Source: Rhodospirillaceae bacterium (GTDB taxonomy: Bacteria; Pseudomonadota; Alphaproteobacteria; MPNO01; UBA2964). Taken from it: a stretch of 64,000 nucleotides of DNA. The stretch's first letter is position 1; each line of letters starts with the position of its first letter. Positions 23,038-33,091 of the stretch are shown piece after piece. The stretch is taken from NCBI GenBank assembly GCA_038146885.1, contig JAYQSM010000012.1:5447-69446 (forward strand), in the 5' to 3' direction. A model generated the notes under the pieces. The model did no database searches. It was not told the DNA's origin and saw only the letters and a list, made by a program, of their open reading frames with translations. A program made the position numbers and the translations under genes.

Positions 23038-24614
23038 CAGACCCAAGGATAGAGATTTGGCCGGGCTATCGAGAGATACCTGAATACACAAATTTATGCT
23101 GGGAAGCGATTGATCGTCAGATCAACGCCGGATTGGGTGGTAAAGTCGCTTTTGTATACGAGGGCGGTAAAATCTCTTACAGCGAGCTTCTGCAGGGTGT
23201 TTCAGCTTTTTCAAGAGGCCTCATCGAACTTGGTTTAGCGCCGGGTGACCGCATACTCATTAGACTTCGAAATAGCCTTGAGTATGTCTTTGCTTATTTG
23301 GGTTCAATTAGGGCTGGGATCCAACCGGTTTTACAGAATTCGTTGCTAAGCGCCGCCGAGGTTCAATATGTTATTGAGCACTCAGGGGCAGTTGCTGCCG
23401 TCTCCAGTAACGATGTTGCCGGCCCACTGCGGGATCTTAGATCGAAACTTCCTAAAGGTCTCATCGTGTCAAATGGCGCTTGGCCTGATGAAATTGGCTT
23501 GGAACAATTTATAGCTGACAATATTGGTCCCACGACATCTCCGGCCAACACCAAGGCAGAGGATCCAGCTTTTATTGTTTATACGTCTGGAACTACGGGA
23601 AGACCAAAAGGTATTGTGCATGCCCATCGCTGGATTATCGCACAGGGCGATATGAACAAGCTTCGGATTCCGCCTGAACGAGATGACGTGGTTCTGGCAA
23701 CCGGCGAGTGGAGTTTTATTAGCGCACTCGGACATAATCTTTGCTTTGCTCTCAGAAACGGTATTACCGGAGCTATCCTCTCTGAGAGGCCAAGTTCAGA
23801 AACAATCTTGGGGGCAATTGAAAAATTTAAAGTGACGTTGCTGTATTCAGTTGCCACAGTCTATCGACGCATTCTTGCAATCAAGGATGTTGAGAAAAAT
23901 TACCTTTTGAGCACCCTTAGAGGGTGCAACGCTACGGGGGAGGCTTTGGAGGCGGCGACATACCACGAGTGGATTAATCGTTTTGGATGTCCGATCTGGG
24001 AGCATTACGGAGTTTCTGAGCTCCAATTAGTTTTCGGTCAAAATCCTCATTGGCCAATAAAACCTGGTTCTGTGGGTAAGCCTCTTGAAGGTACTACAGT
24101 AGAGGTCCTCGATGAGGACTACCAAACTGTTCCTGTTGGCGAAATCGGACATCTTCTCATCGACGCTTCGAACCCTGGGTTTTTCCTTGGCTACCATAAT
24201 GATCCAGAGAAAACCGCAGAGGTTGTTCATGATGGTTGGTACCATACAGGAGACCTCGCAAAAAAAGATGAGGATGGTTACATTTGGATTGTCGGTCGTT
24301 CAGACGATTGTTTCAAAAGTCGAGGCATATTTATTTCTCCAATTGAAATTGAAGACGCCATCCGCCAGCATGAGGGTATTGCTGAAGTGTGCGTCGTTCC
24401 GGTGAAAGATCCGGATATCGGGAATAAAATCAGAGCGGTTATTGTTCTCCGAGATGGAATTGCGGGTTCAACGCGATTGGTCTCGGATATTAGGCGCTCA
24501 TTGGAGCGCTGTCTCGCAAGCTATAAGCACCCTCATACCCTAGAGTTTGTAGACCAACTCCCCAAAAGTCCGGTCGGGAAAGTTCTTCGAAGAAAATTAA
24601 CCTTAAGTCAATAG
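23034..24614 (+). CDS. Acyl/aryl-CoA ligase (benzoate-CoA ligase-like)
   Basis: YTSGTTGRPKG, YGVSE, WYHTGD, GRSDD, PKSPVGKVLRR. Confidence 0.92.
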   Translation: MTDPRIEIWPGYREIPEYTNLCWEAIDRQINAGLGGKVAFVYEGGKISYSELLQGVSAFSRGLIELGLAPGDRILIRLRNSLEYVFAYLGSIRAGIQPVLQNSLLSAAEVQYVIEHSGAVAAVSSNDVAGPLRDLRSKLPKGLIVSNGAWPDEIGLEQFIADNIGPTTSPANTKAEDPAFIVYTSGTTGRPKGIVHAHRWIIAQGDMNKLRIPPERDDVVLATGEWSFISALGHNLCFALRNGITGAILSERPSSETILGAIEKFKVTLLYSVATVYRRILAIKDVEKNYLLSTLRGCNATGEALEAATYHEWINRFGCPIWEHYGVSELQLVFGQNPHWPIKPGSVGKPLEGTTVEVLDEDYQTVPVGEIGHLLIDASNPGFFLGYHNDPEKTAEVVHDGWYHTGDLAKKDEDGYIWIVGRSDDCFKSRGIFISPIEIEDAIRQHEGIAEVCVVPVKDPDIGNKIRAVIVLRDGIAGSTRLVSDIRRSLERCLASYKHPHTLEFVDQLPKSPVGKVLRRKLTLSQ

Positions 24615-24621
24615 AAAGCAG

Positions 24622-25113
24622 ATGTCTGAGCATACGGAAAATTTCTCATTATACATTTCTGGTGGGGAGGTTCTGAATCCTCGAGAGGCAGTCCAATTTA
24701 GAATTATTGGCAGCATAATCACCCCATACACCAGCATGGAGGCCTGCCCGTCGCGACATAACCAAAACGAATTGCTGCCCTGTCGGATTCAATTAGAGAA
24801 AGAGTTTAGACCTGGTCTGGATGGATTGAATGTCGGGGATCAAGTCTTAGTTCTCTATTGGCTTCATTTGGCACGCCGTGATCTCGTTCAATTACCGGTT
24901 CGGCCGGGAGGCCGTACAAAGCCGCTTGGGGTGTTTGCCACGCGGACACCCCCACGCCCAAATCCGATAGCCGCTGCGGTAGCAGAAGTCTTAGAACAAA
25001 ATCAAGATGGATTAGAAGTTCTCGGGTTAGATTGTTTGAACGGAACCCCATTGCTTGATATCAAGAAAGCGAGATTTTACCCCAAAAAGTCTGGCGGCTC
25101 AGGTTTGAGTTAA
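24622..25113 (+). CDS. tsaA: TsaA/TrmO (YaeB)-like SAM-binding protein, single-domain
   Basis: IGSIITPY, GVFATRTPPRPNPI, GLDCLNGTPLLDIK. Confidence 0.85.
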   Translation: MSEHTENFSLYISGGEVLNPREAVQFRIIGSIITPYTSMEACPSRHNQNELLPCRIQLEKEFRPGLDGLNVGDQVLVLYWLHLARRDLVQLPVRPGGRTKPLGVFATRTPPRPNPIAAAVAEVLEQNQDGLEVLGLDCLNGTPLLDIKKARFYPKKSGGSGLS

Positions 25114-25420
25114 CAGTCTTTAAAAATGAGAACATCAAACACTGTTAAAAAGACCGCCTATATTTTGGAAAGTGAATAACGATAGGCTTAACTCTAAACG
25201 ATTATTCAGCAGGGTTATTGAGAGGCTTATCCTGAGTTTTCGGAAATAGAACTCAAATCGGCTTCACTCCAAATATCAGAACGCTCGGGCTTCAGAGCCC
25301 GCAGAATTTTAAGTGGATGGAAGTCTTAATTTTAAAAATCTTCTAATTTTTACTTAAAAATTATCCATAATGTATAAGATTTATTTAAGAAGAAACGAAT
25401 CTCTGTTTTGAATATATTAT

Positions 25421-25505
25421 AGGAGCACCCTAAGATCCCCCGATCTCTCCCGAGGGTGCATACCTCCCTGACTTGCCCCGGAGGGATCCTCTGGGGCACT
25501 CTTTT
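25421..25505 (+). ncRNA. Candidate alphaproteobacterial sRNA, suhB/MmgR-like architecture
   Basis: Hairpin GCACCCT...AGGGTGC, single-stranded anti-SD ACCTCCCTG, terminator hairpin GCCCCGGAGG/CCTCTGGGGC followed by CTTTT; AT-rich promoter-like DNA upstream. Confidence 0.6.
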
Positions 25506-25794
25506 CAAGATCAAATTAGGGAGGAGGCGTGAGGCCGAAACGGATGAAAAGTGGTGAGGTGGCTTTGCATCTCAATAAAGACTCTAACACCCCCACAGTT
25601 ACCAGCAGAGCCTGAACCAAGTGCGCTTTAAAGCTTACCACCTCACCACCACCTCCCCCTGCGGTGGTGTCCTAGGCACCCTAAACTAGAATAGGATTAA
25701 GGCGTTAGTAAAAAATGGATCCAAAGCGCTTGATCTCCTGTTATTACACGCTTAAATAAGCGGAAACCTGGATTCTGAGGGTGGTCTTGATCTC

Positions 25795-26259
25795 TTATTC
25801 TGAGGATGGCCTTGATTTCACAAAATGCCGAGTTTCCATCTCGAGAACCACTTCTCCTTGCTGATTGCTCGTTTCAAATAAAAGACAAATTAGATTTCGT
25901 CCTTGATCATTTTTGGCAGGTGATGTCTCGGTGACCGTTGCTTTTACCGATAGGATATCATTTGGCCTTACAGGTTTTTTCCATCTTAATTTGTTGAAGC
26001 CCGGCGAGCCCATAGCGCATGCATCAAAAATCCCACTTTTAATAAAGAGGCCAAATGAGAGAGAGCAGGTATGAAACCCAGCGGCCACTAGTTCGCCAAA
26101 CATATAATTTTTGGCGTCTTCAGGATCTGTATGATAGGGAAGGGGAGCGAAGTCCTTACCGAAGGTGATAATCTCACTCTCAAGGATTTGCCTGGATCCA
26201 GTCTCAAAAATACGCCCAACCTGAAAATCTTCGAACCAAATATCTGTATAAAGTTTCAT
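25795..26259 (-). CDS. MaoC family dehydratase
   Basis: WFEDFQVG, PYHTDPEDA, LVAAGFHT, LRWKKPVRPND. Confidence 0.9.
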   Translation of the reverse strand: MKLYTDIWFEDFQVGRIFETGSRQILESEIITFGKDFAPLPYHTDPEDAKNYMFGELVAAGFHTCSLSFGLFIKSGIFDACAMGSPGFNKLRWKKPVRPNDILSVKATVTETSPAKNDQGRNLICLLFETSNQQGEVVLEMETRHFVKSRPSSE

Positions 26260-26353
26260 GTGAAAGAAGAACGCCTCGAACGTGCATGACTAATTTGTAA
26301 ATTACTTAGGAAAAGTATCATATTTTGTTTCTCTGAGCATCAAAGCGAGTATA

Positions 26354-27118
26354 GTGAAACAGATGTCAGGGCAAATGAACGAAGGAAAGATGCCTGATCC
26401 CGAAGAACTCACCCAAGAGGTAACAAGACGGAGAGCGTCCTTTCGGGGCCGACTGCGTGCTTATTTCTTTGCAGGAGTTTTAGTTACTGCCCCAATCGGC
26501 ATCACTTTCTATGTTTCATGGGTCTTTATCAAATGGGTAGACGCCCAAGTAACGCCGCTTCTGCCCCCTCTTTACAATCCAGAAACCTACTTGCCTTTTC
26601 ATATCCCGGGTATTGGATTGATTGTAGTTTGTCTTGTTCTAACTCTTATTGGAGCGGTAACGGCGGGATTTTTAGGCCGTCTCTGGTTCCGGACCAGTGA
26701 GAGAATCCTCTCTCGGATGCCGGTTATCCGGAGCGTCCATAGTGCTATAAAACAAATCTTTGAGACAATCTTATCCAATCAATCAAATGCTTTCAGAGAA
26801 GTCGTATTATTTGAATACCCAAGACGTGGATCTTGGGCCATGGGTTTTATCACCGGGCAAACCAAGGGCGAAGTTCAAGATTTAACAGAGGATGAAGTTG
26901 TCAACGTCTTTTTGCCCACCACCCCAAATCCTACATCGGGATACCTTCTTTTTCTTCCAAAACGAGAGCTCGTCGTTTTGTCTATGTCCGTAGAAGAAGG
27001 AATCAAAATGGTTGTCTCCGGTGGCATCGTTACGCCACCTGACCGCAGGCCCGCTGCTGTAAGGGGAGAAAAAAAGATCGGGGCTGCTGATGGTGATGCG
27101 CAGACCATACCCACTTAG
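26354..27118 (+). CDS. DUF502 domain membrane protein
   Basis: YFFAGVLVTAPIGIT, EYPRRG, VFLPTTPNPTSG; usual neighbour of recG. Confidence 0.9.
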   Translation: MKQMSGQMNEGKMPDPEELTQEVTRRRASFRGRLRAYFFAGVLVTAPIGITFYVSWVFIKWVDAQVTPLLPPLYNPETYLPFHIPGIGLIVVCLVLTLIGAVTAGFLGRLWFRTSERILSRMPVIRSVHSAIKQIFETILSNQSNAFREVVLFEYPRRGSWAMGFITGQTKGEVQDLTEDEVVNVFLPTTPNPTSGYLLFLPKRELVVLSMSVEEGIKMVVSGGIVTPPDRRPAAVRGEKKIGAADGDAQTIPT

Positions 27119-27124
27119 GAATCT

Positions 27125-29215
27125 CTAACCGGACTGAATGGTTTGGACAACCGCATCCCGTTCAAAAAGATAGAGTAAAATCTTTAACGCTTCCCCCCGA
27201 GGTGTTGTTAACATGGGATCCTTTTCCAGGATTAGCTGACTATCTTTTCTAGCCGCTTCCAAAAGATCTCTGTGTTCGCTTAGATTGGCTAATTTGTAAT
27301 CCGGTAATCCGCTCTGTCGGGTTCCCAGAATTTCGCCCGCACCTCTTAGCCTTAAATCTTCCTCCGCTATGACAAAACCATCTTCTGTATTTCGGATGAT
27401 TTCTAACCTCTCACGTGCCGTTTGATTTAAAGGTGAGGCGTAAAGCAAAACGCACGAAGAGTTCTGATCTCCTCGACCAACGCGCCCCCTTAACTGATGA
27501 AGCTGTGCCAAACCGAAACGTTCCGCATGCTCGATGACCATAATTGCGGCTTCAGGGACATCTACACCCACCTCTACGACAGTTGTTGATACCAACAATT
27601 GAGCCTCACCATTTGCAAATCTTTGCATGGCTTCCTCTTTTTCCTTGGACTTCATTTGTCCATGGAGAAGAGCAACAGATCCTGGGAAGTGACGTTCAAG
27701 GTCATCCTTGCGATTGGTTGCTGCGGCAAGATCCATAACCTCACTTTCATCAACCAGCGGACAAATCCAAAATACGCGCGCTCCCGATCGGATTGCAATT
27801 TTCAACCGATCGATCACAGAATTGATCCGCTCTATTGGGACTACTCGAGTCTCAATTGGTTTTCTTCCCGCAGGCTTCTCTAACAAACGAGATGAATCCA
27901 GATCACTATAGCAACTCATCATCAAGGTTCTCGGAATCGGCGTTGCGGTCATTACAAGTATATCAACCGGAACTTTTCCCTTCGCTCCAAGCATCAACCT
28001 TTGATGGACTCCAAACCGATGTTGTTCGTCAATCACTGCGAGGCCAAGGTCTTCAAAAATTACACTTTCTTGGAAGAGAGCATGGGTTCCAATGATAATC
28101 TTTGTAGAGCCGGTTTTGAGCTGACTGAGAATACTTTCGCGTGCCTTCCCTTTATCTCTTCCGGTTAGTAGATCTGCTTTGAGGCCAATTTTTTTTGCTA
28201 GGGGGTCGATTGTCTTAAAATGCTGCCGAGCTAATACCTCTGTTGGCGCCATTAGAGCTGTTTGCGTTCCCGCCTCTATAGCCTTAAGCATTGCTAGAAA
28301 GGCCACCACGGTTTTACCGCTGCCGACATCTCCCTGGAGCAGTCTCATCATCCGATGAGGCATTTCCATATCATGGTAAATCTCTTTCAAACCCTTTGTT
28401 TGGGATGGGGTCAATGTAAAGGGGAGGGCTGCCATACCCCTTTCCAACAAAGACCCATCTCCCACGAACTTTCTTCCGGGCAGGGACCGTTGGGTTCTTC
28501 TCACCAATGCGAGAGCTAACTGATCGGCCAGGAACTCGTCATAGGCTAACCGACGGCGGGCCTTGGAATTTGCCAACAGATCTTCTGGCCCAGCAGGGGA
28601 ATGAACCTCTTCGATCGCCTTAGACCAGGACGGCCAGTCATTTTCCGAATGCCACGAGCTGTCTTGCCATTCCGGCAGTCTCGGAACCGATTTTAGGGCG
28701 GACCGGATTGCCTTTGACAATGGCTTACTGGTAAGCCCTGCTGTGAGAGGATAGATAGGTTCCACTCGTTGAACAGTCTCTCTCAAGTTCTCAGTGACCA
28801 CATAATCGGGGTGGGATATCTGTTTGCTTCCTTTGTATTCTTCAACCAATCCACTGATCACTCGAAGGGAACCCTCAGGAAGCATTTTTTCGAGATAATC
28901 CGGTCTGGAATGAAAAAAAACGAGTTCAATCTCTCCAGAATGGTCCGAGCAATAAATCCGGTAAGGTTGTTGTCGGCGTTTTCCAGGAGAGTGTTTGTCA
29001 ACTTTAACTGTAAGCGTGCAGATTCGTCCATGTTCGGCCCCAGAAATTGGGGGTGAATGCCTTCGGTCCACCAAATTTATTGGCAAATGCCACAACAAAT
29101 TCACTATACGATTTCCGCAGAACCGACCTATGATCCCGCCTAACTTTGGCCCAATACCCGAAAGGTTGGTGATATCAGCGAATATTGGAAAAAGAACTGA
29201 TGGTCGCATTTCCAT
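27125..29215 (-). CDS. recG: ATP-dependent DNA helicase RecG
   Basis: RLLQGDVGSGKT, DEQHRFGV, MTATPIPRT, QLHQLRGRVGR, DLRLRGAGEILG. Confidence 0.97.
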   Translation of the reverse strand: MEMRPSVLFPIFADITNLSGIGPKLGGIIGRFCGNRIVNLLWHLPINLVDRRHSPPISGAEHGRICTLTVKVDKHSPGKRRQQPYRIYCSDHSGEIELVFFHSRPDYLEKMLPEGSLRVISGLVEEYKGSKQISHPDYVVTENLRETVQRVEPIYPLTAGLTSKPLSKAIRSALKSVPRLPEWQDSSWHSENDWPSWSKAIEEVHSPAGPEDLLANSKARRRLAYDEFLADQLALALVRRTQRSLPGRKFVGDGSLLERGMAALPFTLTPSQTKGLKEIYHDMEMPHRMMRLLQGDVGSGKTVVAFLAMLKAIEAGTQTALMAPTEVLARQHFKTIDPLAKKIGLKADLLTGRDKGKARESILSQLKTGSTKIIIGTHALFQESVIFEDLGLAVIDEQHRFGVHQRLMLGAKGKVPVDILVMTATPIPRTLMMSCYSDLDSSRLLEKPAGRKPIETRVVPIERINSVIDRLKIAIRSGARVFWICPLVDESEVMDLAAATNRKDDLERHFPGSVALLHGQMKSKEKEEAMQRFANGEAQLLVSTTVVEVGVDVPEAAIMVIEHAERFGLAQLHQLRGRVGRGDQNSSCVLLYASPLNQTARERLEIIRNTEDGFVIAEEDLRLRGAGEILGTRQSGLPDYKLANLSEHRDLLEAARKDSQLILEKDPMLTTPRGEALKILLYLFERDAVVQTIQSG

Positions 29216-29283
29216 CCTGCTTGCGGGTTACCAATTTGACTGTTTTGACTTATATCCTAACCGTTGGATATGGACATGCAACG

Positions 29284-29547
29284 ATGACTGAAGATCAAGT
29301 AAATAGGCGAAAACGACTTCTCTACCAGAGCACGCATAGAGGAACAAAAGAGGCAGATATAATCATAGGGGGGTTCGCTCGCGAAAAACTAAATTCTATG
29401 TCGACTGAATATCTTGATCAATTTGAAGAACTTCTATCCGTGAGTGATCCTGATTTAATGCTTTGGCTTAATGGACAGCAGGAACCAGATGAGCGTTTTC
29501 GAACGCCTGTTTGGGAACTAATTCTTAAATTTAACAATAAAGACTAA
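29284..29547 (+). CDS. sdhE: Succinate dehydrogenase assembly factor 2 (SdhE/Sdh5)
   Basis: RRKRLLYQSTHRGTKEAD (RGxxE) and SDPDLMLW; lies between recG and mfd. Confidence 0.92.
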   Translation: MTEDQVNRRKRLLYQSTHRGTKEADIIIGGFAREKLNSMSTEYLDQFEELLSVSDPDLMLWLNGQQEPDERFRTPVWELILKFNNKD

Positions 29548-29551
29548 ATAA

Positions 29552-32500
29552 TTGTTATTAAATGAATTAGATCTTAAAAGGAATTCCTCCTATTGCATAG
29601 GTGGTGTACCGGACGGGCTTCAAACCCTCGTGGTCTCAGAGCTGGCTCTGAGGCCTAATATCGGGCCTTTCATTTACGTGACGAGCAATGATTCTCGCAT
29701 GGCCGAAGCCAAAGAAACGCTCTCTTTTTTTTCGCCGAAAATTAAGATTTTAACGTTTCCAGCGTGGGATTGCCTCCCCTATGACCGGGTGTCTCCAAGA
29801 AATGATATTCTTGGCCATAGAGTGGATACCTTATTCCAACTTGAGAATATTAATCCAGATAGCCCAACAATCGTCCTGACAACGATTAACAGCTTCGTTC
29901 AGAGAGTTCCAATAGTTGGAAAATTTGAAGAAAAATCATTTAGACTTCAAAAAAATTCCTCCCTGAGTATCGAAAACTTATCTCGTTACCTTGAAACAAA
30001 TGGCTTCAATCGAACCGGGACAGTTCGGGAACCGGGTGAGTATGCATTCCGAGGCGGGATAATCGATATTTTCGCACCTCAACGCGAAAATCCGGTTCGG
30101 ATTGATCTCTTTGGCGATGAGATTGATTCATTGAGGGAGTTTGATCCTTTTACGCAACAGAGCACGGAAAATTTGGAGTTTTTAACTCTAACTGCGGTAA
30201 GCGAACTACCCCTGACGGCAGCGAGCATCGAGAGGTTTCGTGTAGGGTATCGAGGATTATTCGGGAGTATTTCGGAGGATCCCCTATATGAAGCCATTTC
30301 GAGCGGACAGCGTCGAACAGGTGCAGAACATTGGTTACCGTTGTTCTGCGAGGGCATGACCCCTCTGTCAAAAGTGCTCCCTCGACCGACGTTGATCTTT
30401 GATCATCAGTTTGAATCAGCGGTTACCGCGAGACTTGATGATATTGATGATTTTTATGATGCTCGAATGAGTGCTCTAAACGGTTTGAAGGGTAAGGGTA
30501 CAAAATTTCAGACAGAACCATATCGTCCTCTTCCTCCAGATCAATTATACTTAACAAAACCCGAGATCTCTGAACTCCTGGCCTCTCAGGATAAAATTCT
30601 TATTTCTCCCTTCACATCTCATACCGATAAAAACTCAAAATTTTTTGACGCCAAAGGTCGTCGAATCCTGTCGTTTGCCTCAGCCAATCGAGCGAACGGT
30701 CATTCAGAAATTCCAGAAAACAGCTTGGGTAGAGTTGTTGAGAGGGTTAAAGCCCTGATGAATGAGAAAAAACGAGTTTTTATCTCGGCCTTTTCTCAAG
30801 GGTCCCGGCTCCGGCTCCAAGCTCTATTGGCAGAACATGGGCTACCCAGGCACAGATTTGCAGAAAATTGGGATGAGGGACTAAAAGCTCCAGAGGACGA
30901 GGTCATCTTTTATGTAACTCGCCTGTCTGAGGGGTTTATTACTGAAAAAATTGCAGTCATCACGGAACAAGATGTTTTAGGCGACCGTCTTATCAGACAA
31001 TCCTCCAGAAAAAGGCGCGGAGAGACATTTCTTTCTGATATAAGCGAACTTAGTCCAAACGATGTCGTTGTTCACGTAGAGCACGGGCTCGGCAGATACG
31101 AGGGATTGGAAACGATCAGCGCCGCAGGAGCGCCCCATGATTGCCTGAAGGTAAGCTACAGCGGCGGGGATCGGCTCTATGTACCTGTAGAAAATATCGA
31201 ACTGCTGTCGCGGTTTGGTTCGGAGGATAGCAGTGCTGTTCTCGATAAACTTGGCGGGGCTGCCTGGCAAGCTCGAAAATCTCGGCTAAAAGAACGGCTT
31301 CGAGAAATCGCTGAAGAATTAATAAAAACAGCGGCATCGCGTGCTTTGAAAGCAGGAAGAAAACTCTCCGTGGCCGAGAATGTTTATGCAGAATTCTGCT
31401 CGCGCTTCCCCTTTGATGAGACTGAGGATCAACTCAGCGCCATATCTGATGCAATCTCTGATTTAACCTCTGGTCGTCCTATGGACCGATTAATCTGCGG
31501 AGACGTTGGGTTTGGAAAAACGGAAGTGGCTCTACGTGCGACCTTTTCTGCTGTGATGGGTGGAGGACAGGTCGCGGTGATAGCGCCAACTACGCTACTC
31601 GCAAGACAGCATTATAAATCTTTTACAGAGAGGTTTGAGGGCTATCCAATCGAGGTTCGTCAGTTATCGCGCCTTATCAGCTCAAAAGAAGCGAATAACA
31701 CCCGAGAGGGATTGGCTGATGGCACGATCGATATTGTTATTGGAACTCATGCCCTTTTAAGCAAAACCGTTATATTTCATGACCTCGCTCTACTGGTGGT
31801 TGACGAAGAACAACATTTTGGGGTCAACCATAAAGAACGCCTGAAGCAACTGCGAACTGATGTTCACGTGCTCACGCTCTCAGCAACACCGATACCAAGG
31901 ACATTGCAAATGGCCCTCTCAGGGGTGAAGGATATGTCTATAATTGCGACCCCCCCCGTTGATAGACTGGCTGTCCGTACCTTCGTGATGCCACATGATA
32001 CTGTTGTTCTCAAAGAAGCAATTATGCGAGAGAGATATAGAGGAGGACAGATTTTTTATGTTTGTCCGCGAATTTCTGACCTCAGAATAATCTCTGAAGA
32101 GTTACAGGCTTTAGTTCCAGAGGTTCGGGTGGCAGTCGCTCATGGGCAAATGGGCGTTTCTGAATTAGAGGATGTAATGAATGCCTTCTATGAAGGAAAA
32201 GTTGATCTCCTGTTATCCACGCAAATAGTTGAGTCAGGCCTCGACATTCCCAATGCGAATACGTTGATTATTCATCGAGCCGATATGTTTGGTTTAGCGC
32301 AGCTCTATCAATTAAGAGGAAGAATTGGTCGTTCGAAGGTTAGAGCCTATTGTTATTTAACATTATCACCAAATCAAAAACTGGGGGAGACAGCCACAAA
32401 ACGGCTTGAGGTCATGCAATCATTAGATGCTCTCGGAGCGGGCTTTACCCTTGCAAGCCATGATCTGGATATTCGGGGCGCGGGAAATTTGTTGGGCGAC

Positions 32501-33061
32501 GAGCAGTCAGGCCATATTAGAGAGGTCGGCGTTGAACTCTATCAACAAATGTTAGAAGAGGCCGTCGCTGCCGCTCGAAGCGGTGGAACTGAATCAATTT
32601 TAGAAAATGAAAGCTGGAGCCCAACAATTTCTCTGGGAACAGCAGTCCTTATCCCGGAGTCTTATGTCTCCGATCTCAACGCCCGGCTCTCTCTCTATCG
32701 CAGAGCGTCAAGATTGGAAACAACTCAGGAAATCGAAGACTTCAGAGCGGAATTAGTGGATCGGTTTGGAGCGCTCCCAGAAGAGGTTAATAGTTTTCTT
32801 GAAGTTATTTCAATAAAACAGCTCTGCAAAAGAGCAGGAATCGAAAAGTTCGAGGTTGGCCCTAAAGGCGTTGTCATAAAATTTTTTCAGGATTGTTTTG
32901 AACCGCTTGAACGACTCATCGGTTTTATCCAGAAAGATCCGTCCAACGTAACCTTGAGACCTGATCAACAACTAGTGGTAAGGAGGGATTGGATCCGATC
33001 AGAAACAAGACTAAAGGGAGCAAAGAGGCTTGCCTCAACACTTGCCGACATGAGACCCTAG
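29552..33061 (+). CDS. mfd: Transcription-repair coupling factor
   Basis: WDCLPYDRVSP, VHVEHGLGRY, DRLICGDVGFGKTEVA, DEEQHFGV, TRG motif HDLDIRGAGNLLG. Confidence 0.97.
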   Translation: MLLNELDLKRNSSYCIGGVPDGLQTLVVSELALRPNIGPFIYVTSNDSRMAEAKETLSFFSPKIKILTFPAWDCLPYDRVSPRNDILGHRVDTLFQLENINPDSPTIVLTTINSFVQRVPIVGKFEEKSFRLQKNSSLSIENLSRYLETNGFNRTGTVREPGEYAFRGGIIDIFAPQRENPVRIDLFGDEIDSLREFDPFTQQSTENLEFLTLTAVSELPLTAASIERFRVGYRGLFGSISEDPLYEAISSGQRRTGAEHWLPLFCEGMTPLSKVLPRPTLIFDHQFESAVTARLDDIDDFYDARMSALNGLKGKGTKFQTEPYRPLPPDQLYLTKPEISELLASQDKILISPFTSHTDKNSKFFDAKGRRILSFASANRANGHSEIPENSLGRVVERVKALMNEKKRVFISAFSQGSRLRLQALLAEHGLPRHRFAENWDEGLKAPEDEVIFYVTRLSEGFITEKIAVITEQDVLGDRLIRQSSRKRRGETFLSDISELSPNDVVVHVEHGLGRYEGLETISAAGAPHDCLKVSYSGGDRLYVPVENIELLSRFGSEDSSAVLDKLGGAAWQARKSRLKERLREIAEELIKTAASRALKAGRKLSVAENVYAEFCSRFPFDETEDQLSAISDAISDLTSGRPMDRLICGDVGFGKTEVALRATFSAVMGGGQVAVIAPTTLLARQHYKSFTERFEGYPIEVRQLSRLISSKEANNTREGLADGTIDIVIGTHALLSKTVIFHDLALLVVDEEQHFGVNHKERLKQLRTDVHVLTLSATPIPRTLQMALSGVKDMSIIATPPVDRLAVRTFVMPHDTVVLKEAIMRERYRGGQIFYVCPRISDLRIISEELQALVPEVRVAVAHGQMGVSELEDVMNAFYEGKVDLLLSTQIVESGLDIPNANTLIIHRADMFGLAQLYQLRGRIGRSKVRAYCYLTLSPNQKLGETATKRLEVMQSLDALGAGFTLASHDLDIRGAGNLLGDEQSGHIREVGVELYQQMLEEAVAAARSGGTESILENESWSPTISLGTAVLIPESYVSDLNARLSLYRRASRLETTQEIEDFRAELVDRFGALPEEVNSFLEVISIKQLCKRAGIEKFEVGPKGVVIKFFQDCFEPLERLIGFIQKDPSNVTLRPDQQLVVRRDWIRSETRLKGAKRLASTLADMRP

Positions 33062-33091
33062 AATCTCAAAAAAATAAGATAAGGCTTATTT

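Noticed and set aside
25525-25550. Hammerhead ribozyme resemblance (TGAGGCCGAAACGGATGAAA)
   Set aside because: It lacks the CUGANGA core and stem II does not pair properly.
25510-25690. 6S RNA, tmRNA, RNase P or SRP RNA
   Set aside because: No tag-peptide frame, T-arm, GAGGAAAGUCC or SRP loop motifs, and not in the usual zapA-ygfA context; a covariance search would settle it.
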